NCBI GenBank assembly: GCA_963693365.1
Contig: CAVNZM010000001.1
Coordinates: 9,874,907 to 9,938,906 of the forward strand
Reading direction: 5' to 3'
Source: Amoebidium appalachense
Taxonomy: Eukaryota; Protista; Ichthyosporea
Length of the DNA: 64,000 bases
In this document: in pieces, positions 60,923 through 64,000 of the stretch
Position numbering within the stretch: position 1 is the stretch's first letter
Layout: every line of letters begins with the position of its first letter
Translations under genes and position numbers: made by a program
Notes under the pieces: generated by a model
What the model was told of the DNA's origin: nothing
Database searches by the model: none
What the model saw: the letters and a program-made list of their open reading frames with translations, nothing else

Positions 60923-62056
60923 CCGCCCTGCCCATCCACACATACACACACAAACACGCTTCTCCCTCCTTCTGCCCTTCCCCGTTTCCTCCCCCTTCCC
61001 TCGCCGCTTAACTCTTGTTCTAGAAAGACAGGGGAGGGGGTTGGGGTGGGGGGTGGGAAAGGCACGATGGGATGGAAAATGTTTTGGCTGAGCAAATTTG
61101 AACTGAATTTGTCTGATGCCCTCCCCGCCCCCTCCCCCCACTCTCCCCTCCCTTCCCCACCCTGCCCACCCATTCAGCACACCAACACACACGCAAAAGC
61201 CCCTCCCTCCCCCCCCCCCCCCCCCCCCCCCCCCCTCTCTCCCCCCTTCTCCCCTTCACTCTCCTCCACGCGCCCGCCCTCACCTTTGCCCTGGGCACCC
61301 TCCTCTGCTGGTCAACCAAACTCTCCGCCCACCAAAAATGTAAACATACGGAAAGCACACATGAATACAGACACGTACAGGTACACATCACACAAGATAG
61401 GCAGGTAATCACACACGTACACACACGTCAACATGACACATACCAACGCAACACCCGCGCAACCCCCCCCCCCACACACACACACACACGCACGCACCGA
61501 GACTACGCACACCTACATACCCATCACATCAACGTACACTCACAAAATATGTGACAAATGGTACATGTAGATAGGGTACATGTAGACATACACGTCTACA
61601 TATATTCACGTACACACAAACACGGAATACAATCATTCACTCACTCACTCACTCACTCACCCAACCCACGTACACGTACACAGAGAGAGCGCACGGTTCT
61701 CTCTCTGATGCACCAAAACGCACTGACTGAGCGTCAAACCGCCGAGTCTCTCCTTCAACGAGTCATAAGAGAAAAGGCGCAGCTAAGAGCAGACAAGTTG
61801 GCGTGGATCAGGGGGGGTTCAAACACCGAAATCCAGAGAGAAAGGGGGGTTCAAACAGCGAAATCCAGAGAGAAAGGGGGGTTCAAACAGCGAAATCCAG
61901 AGAGAAAGGGGGGGCTCAAACACTGAAGTTGAGAATCGGATACCGGTAAGCTTGCATATGATGTCACTCTTTCTCTTTGCCTCTCTCTCTCTCTTCGAGG
62001 CTCTCTCTCTTCTCTCTATCCCCCCCCCCCCCCCCCCCCCCCCCCCCTTTCTTTCG

Positions 62057-62105
<49 letters not shown>

Positions 62106-62227
62106 GCCACCCCCACCCCACCCCCCCTCCACCTCTCTCTCTCTCCCCCCCCACCCCACCCCCCCCCCCCCCCCCCCCCCCTTTCTCTCTCTCTATCTCC
62201 CCTCCCCCCTCATCCCCCTTCTCTTGC

Positions 62228-62267
<40 letters not shown>

Positions 62268-62424
62268 TCCCCCGCCCCTCCCCACCAATCCCTCTCCCTC
62301 CCCCTCCCCCCCCCCACCCACCCCCCTCTCTTTCTGTTCTCCCCACCTGTATCTCTCTCTCTCTCTCCCCTCCCCCTCCCCCCCCCCCCCTCTCTCTCTC
62401 TCCCTCTCTCTCTCTCCGTCCCCA

Positions 62425-62467
<43 letters not shown>

Positions 62468-62519
62468 CCCCCCCCCTCCTCCCTCCTCTCTCTCTCTCTC
62501 TAATGCCATCCTCCTCTTC

Positions 62520-62553
<34 letters not shown>

Positions 62554-63585
62554 ACAAAAAAAAAAAAAAAAAAAAAAAAGGAAAAAAAGTAAAGAAAGAA
62601 AGAGGATGGAGAAAAGAAAACGCGGGGGGGGGGGGGGGGGGGGGTTATAATAAACTTACTCGGCCCTCAACGTCCACAAACCAAGCTGGCGCTGTTGCCA
62701 CTGCGATTCTTCTTCCCATTCAAATTAATGAGACTCGGGGGATGGATTTTAGTTAAAAATTGGGGGTGCTCAACAAATCAAGATCGTCCAAATTCCATAA
62801 TTGATCCTGTCGATCAATAGATGCCGAACTGTCCCAAAGTTCAATTTGCACTATAAACCCCGCTTCGATCCTGGACGATTGACCGCATAAAGTTTGAGAG
62901 AAAATGAAAATACACTTAGAATGTGGGGGGTAATTACCTAATAAAATTTTTGTCAGGGGGAGTGGTAGGCCTCGGTTGAGATGCCCACCTTTTGCTTAGC
63001 ATAAGCAATTATAGAGAGGGTAGAATAAGACCTTACGAGGGGCTGGGATTGAAACTTTTTTAAGTAATTACCCCTCAGGATTTTATTTTCAGGCCAAATC
63101 TATGTGTTCATTCTCTCTGGATCTAGCGTCGAAACTAAGACAGCTTGAAATAAAAATTTCATCTGGCTCACAGACTGGAATTTGATCGATCCCGATCGAT
63201 TGGATCCCCCGGTCACATTGCCGGCGAACCATCCCCTAAGTTACCTTAAATCGAACCCCCCTCCCCCCCCCCCCCCCCCCCCACTCTTTGCTTGAGCGTT
63301 TGTTTTGTGTTTTTCGCGGTTTTTGTTGATTGGGGGGGGGGGGGGGAGGGGGGGGGGGGGGGAGGGAAGACGGGGTAGGGATGAAGGGAGAGGGATAGTG
63401 GTTGGGGAATGGCGGGGCAGGTGAGGTGGGGATGGAGGGGGGAGGAGAGAGAGGGGGGGGGGGGGGGGGGGGGGGGGAGAGGGAGAGAGAGAGGTGGTGT
63501 GTGTGTTTTCAAAAAAAAAAAAAAAAGGCGGTTGTGTGTCTATCATAGGGTCGGTTCGAAAAAGGATAAGGCTTCCAAGAGGGAA

Positions 63586-63622
<37 letters not shown>

Positions 63623-63787
63623 TCTCTCTCTCTCTGTGTGTGTGGGGGGGGGGGAGGGGGGGGGGGGGGGGGGGGGGGGGGCTGGAATGCAATCTGACTG
63701 TTTTGTGTCAGGTCAAGGCTGTGGTGCAATACACACCCACAAAGGACAGGAGGAGGAGTGTGCTGGCTGACAGGCAGAACATTGCAG
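52540..63787 (+). CDS. SSX2IP: Afadin/alpha-actinin-binding (ADIP/SSX2IP/Msd1) family coiled-coil protein; exons 52540-52623, 53829-54041, 55415-55513, 56315-56557, 57807-57915, 58673-58709, 59767-59884, 60666-60853, 61684-61945, 63712-63787; continues beyond the window
   Basis: [46 protein letters not shown]-like and ..[13 protein letters not shown] match the family pattern. Most joins are phase-consistent. One-base discrepancies occur at exon 6/7 and in two G runs of exon 9. Confidence 0.72.
59363..59516 (+). repeat. Intronic dispersed element, copy 4
   Basis: (C)nGCAGGGGC..AATGAATTCTGCTTATGTTGCATACTGCGCGTGTTGCTGATGTTGC..GTCCTGCACC..TTCCGCATTCTAACCCCC. Confidence 0.85.
62928..63073. repeat. 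Inverted repeat pair, possibly a small MITE or the core of a larger one at ~62737-63238
   Basis: GGGTAATTACCTAATAAAA ... TTTTTTAAGTAATTACCC; outer pair GGGGATGG ... CCATCCCC. Confidence 0.45.
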
Positions 63788-64000
63788 GTGGGTACATGCA
63801 CACACACATGTATACATGTGCCCATACGCGTACACAGATGCACGCACACTGTACACACATAGACACATGCACATGCACATGCACATGCACATGCACTCAG
63901 GAGCGCATATACATACATGTGCACACACGCATCCATGCATGCACACATGCACACAAACAAAACATCATGAGATGTGTGTGTGTACATCTATGTGATTACG

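Overview
Eukaryotic genomic DNA with spliceosomal GT-AG introns packed with poly-C/poly-G tracts and (CA)n/(GA)n microsatellites. A unicellular holozoan such as an ichthyosporean is my guess from gene content and is not demonstrated. 1-23.9 kb is a nested transposon stack. It holds two near-identical head-to-tail Ty1/copia elements (minus strand) sharing one 899-bp LTR. Copy A has an intact 1476-aa gag-pol. Copy B has lost about 1.96 kb, replaced by an inverted solo LTR of a related family. These sit in a probable ~12-kb CMC/Plavaka-type DNA transposon (palindromic subterminal repeats, three satellites of ~183, ~188 and ~359 bp, a transposase C-terminal exon), which itself appears to cut a PIF/Harbinger element. 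27-64 kb holds spliced genes: a transposase-like DNA-binding protein without a catalytic domain, a secreted trypsin with four hevein-like chitin-binding repeats, a secreted ZP-like/beta-gamma-crystallin-like protein, a piggyBac-like relic, a class-C-like 7TM protein and an SSX2IP/ADIP homologue. The most unusual signal is a 90-150-bp element found four times, each time in an intron, sense-oriented and between C tracts. All family calls come from motifs recognised by eye; no database search was run.
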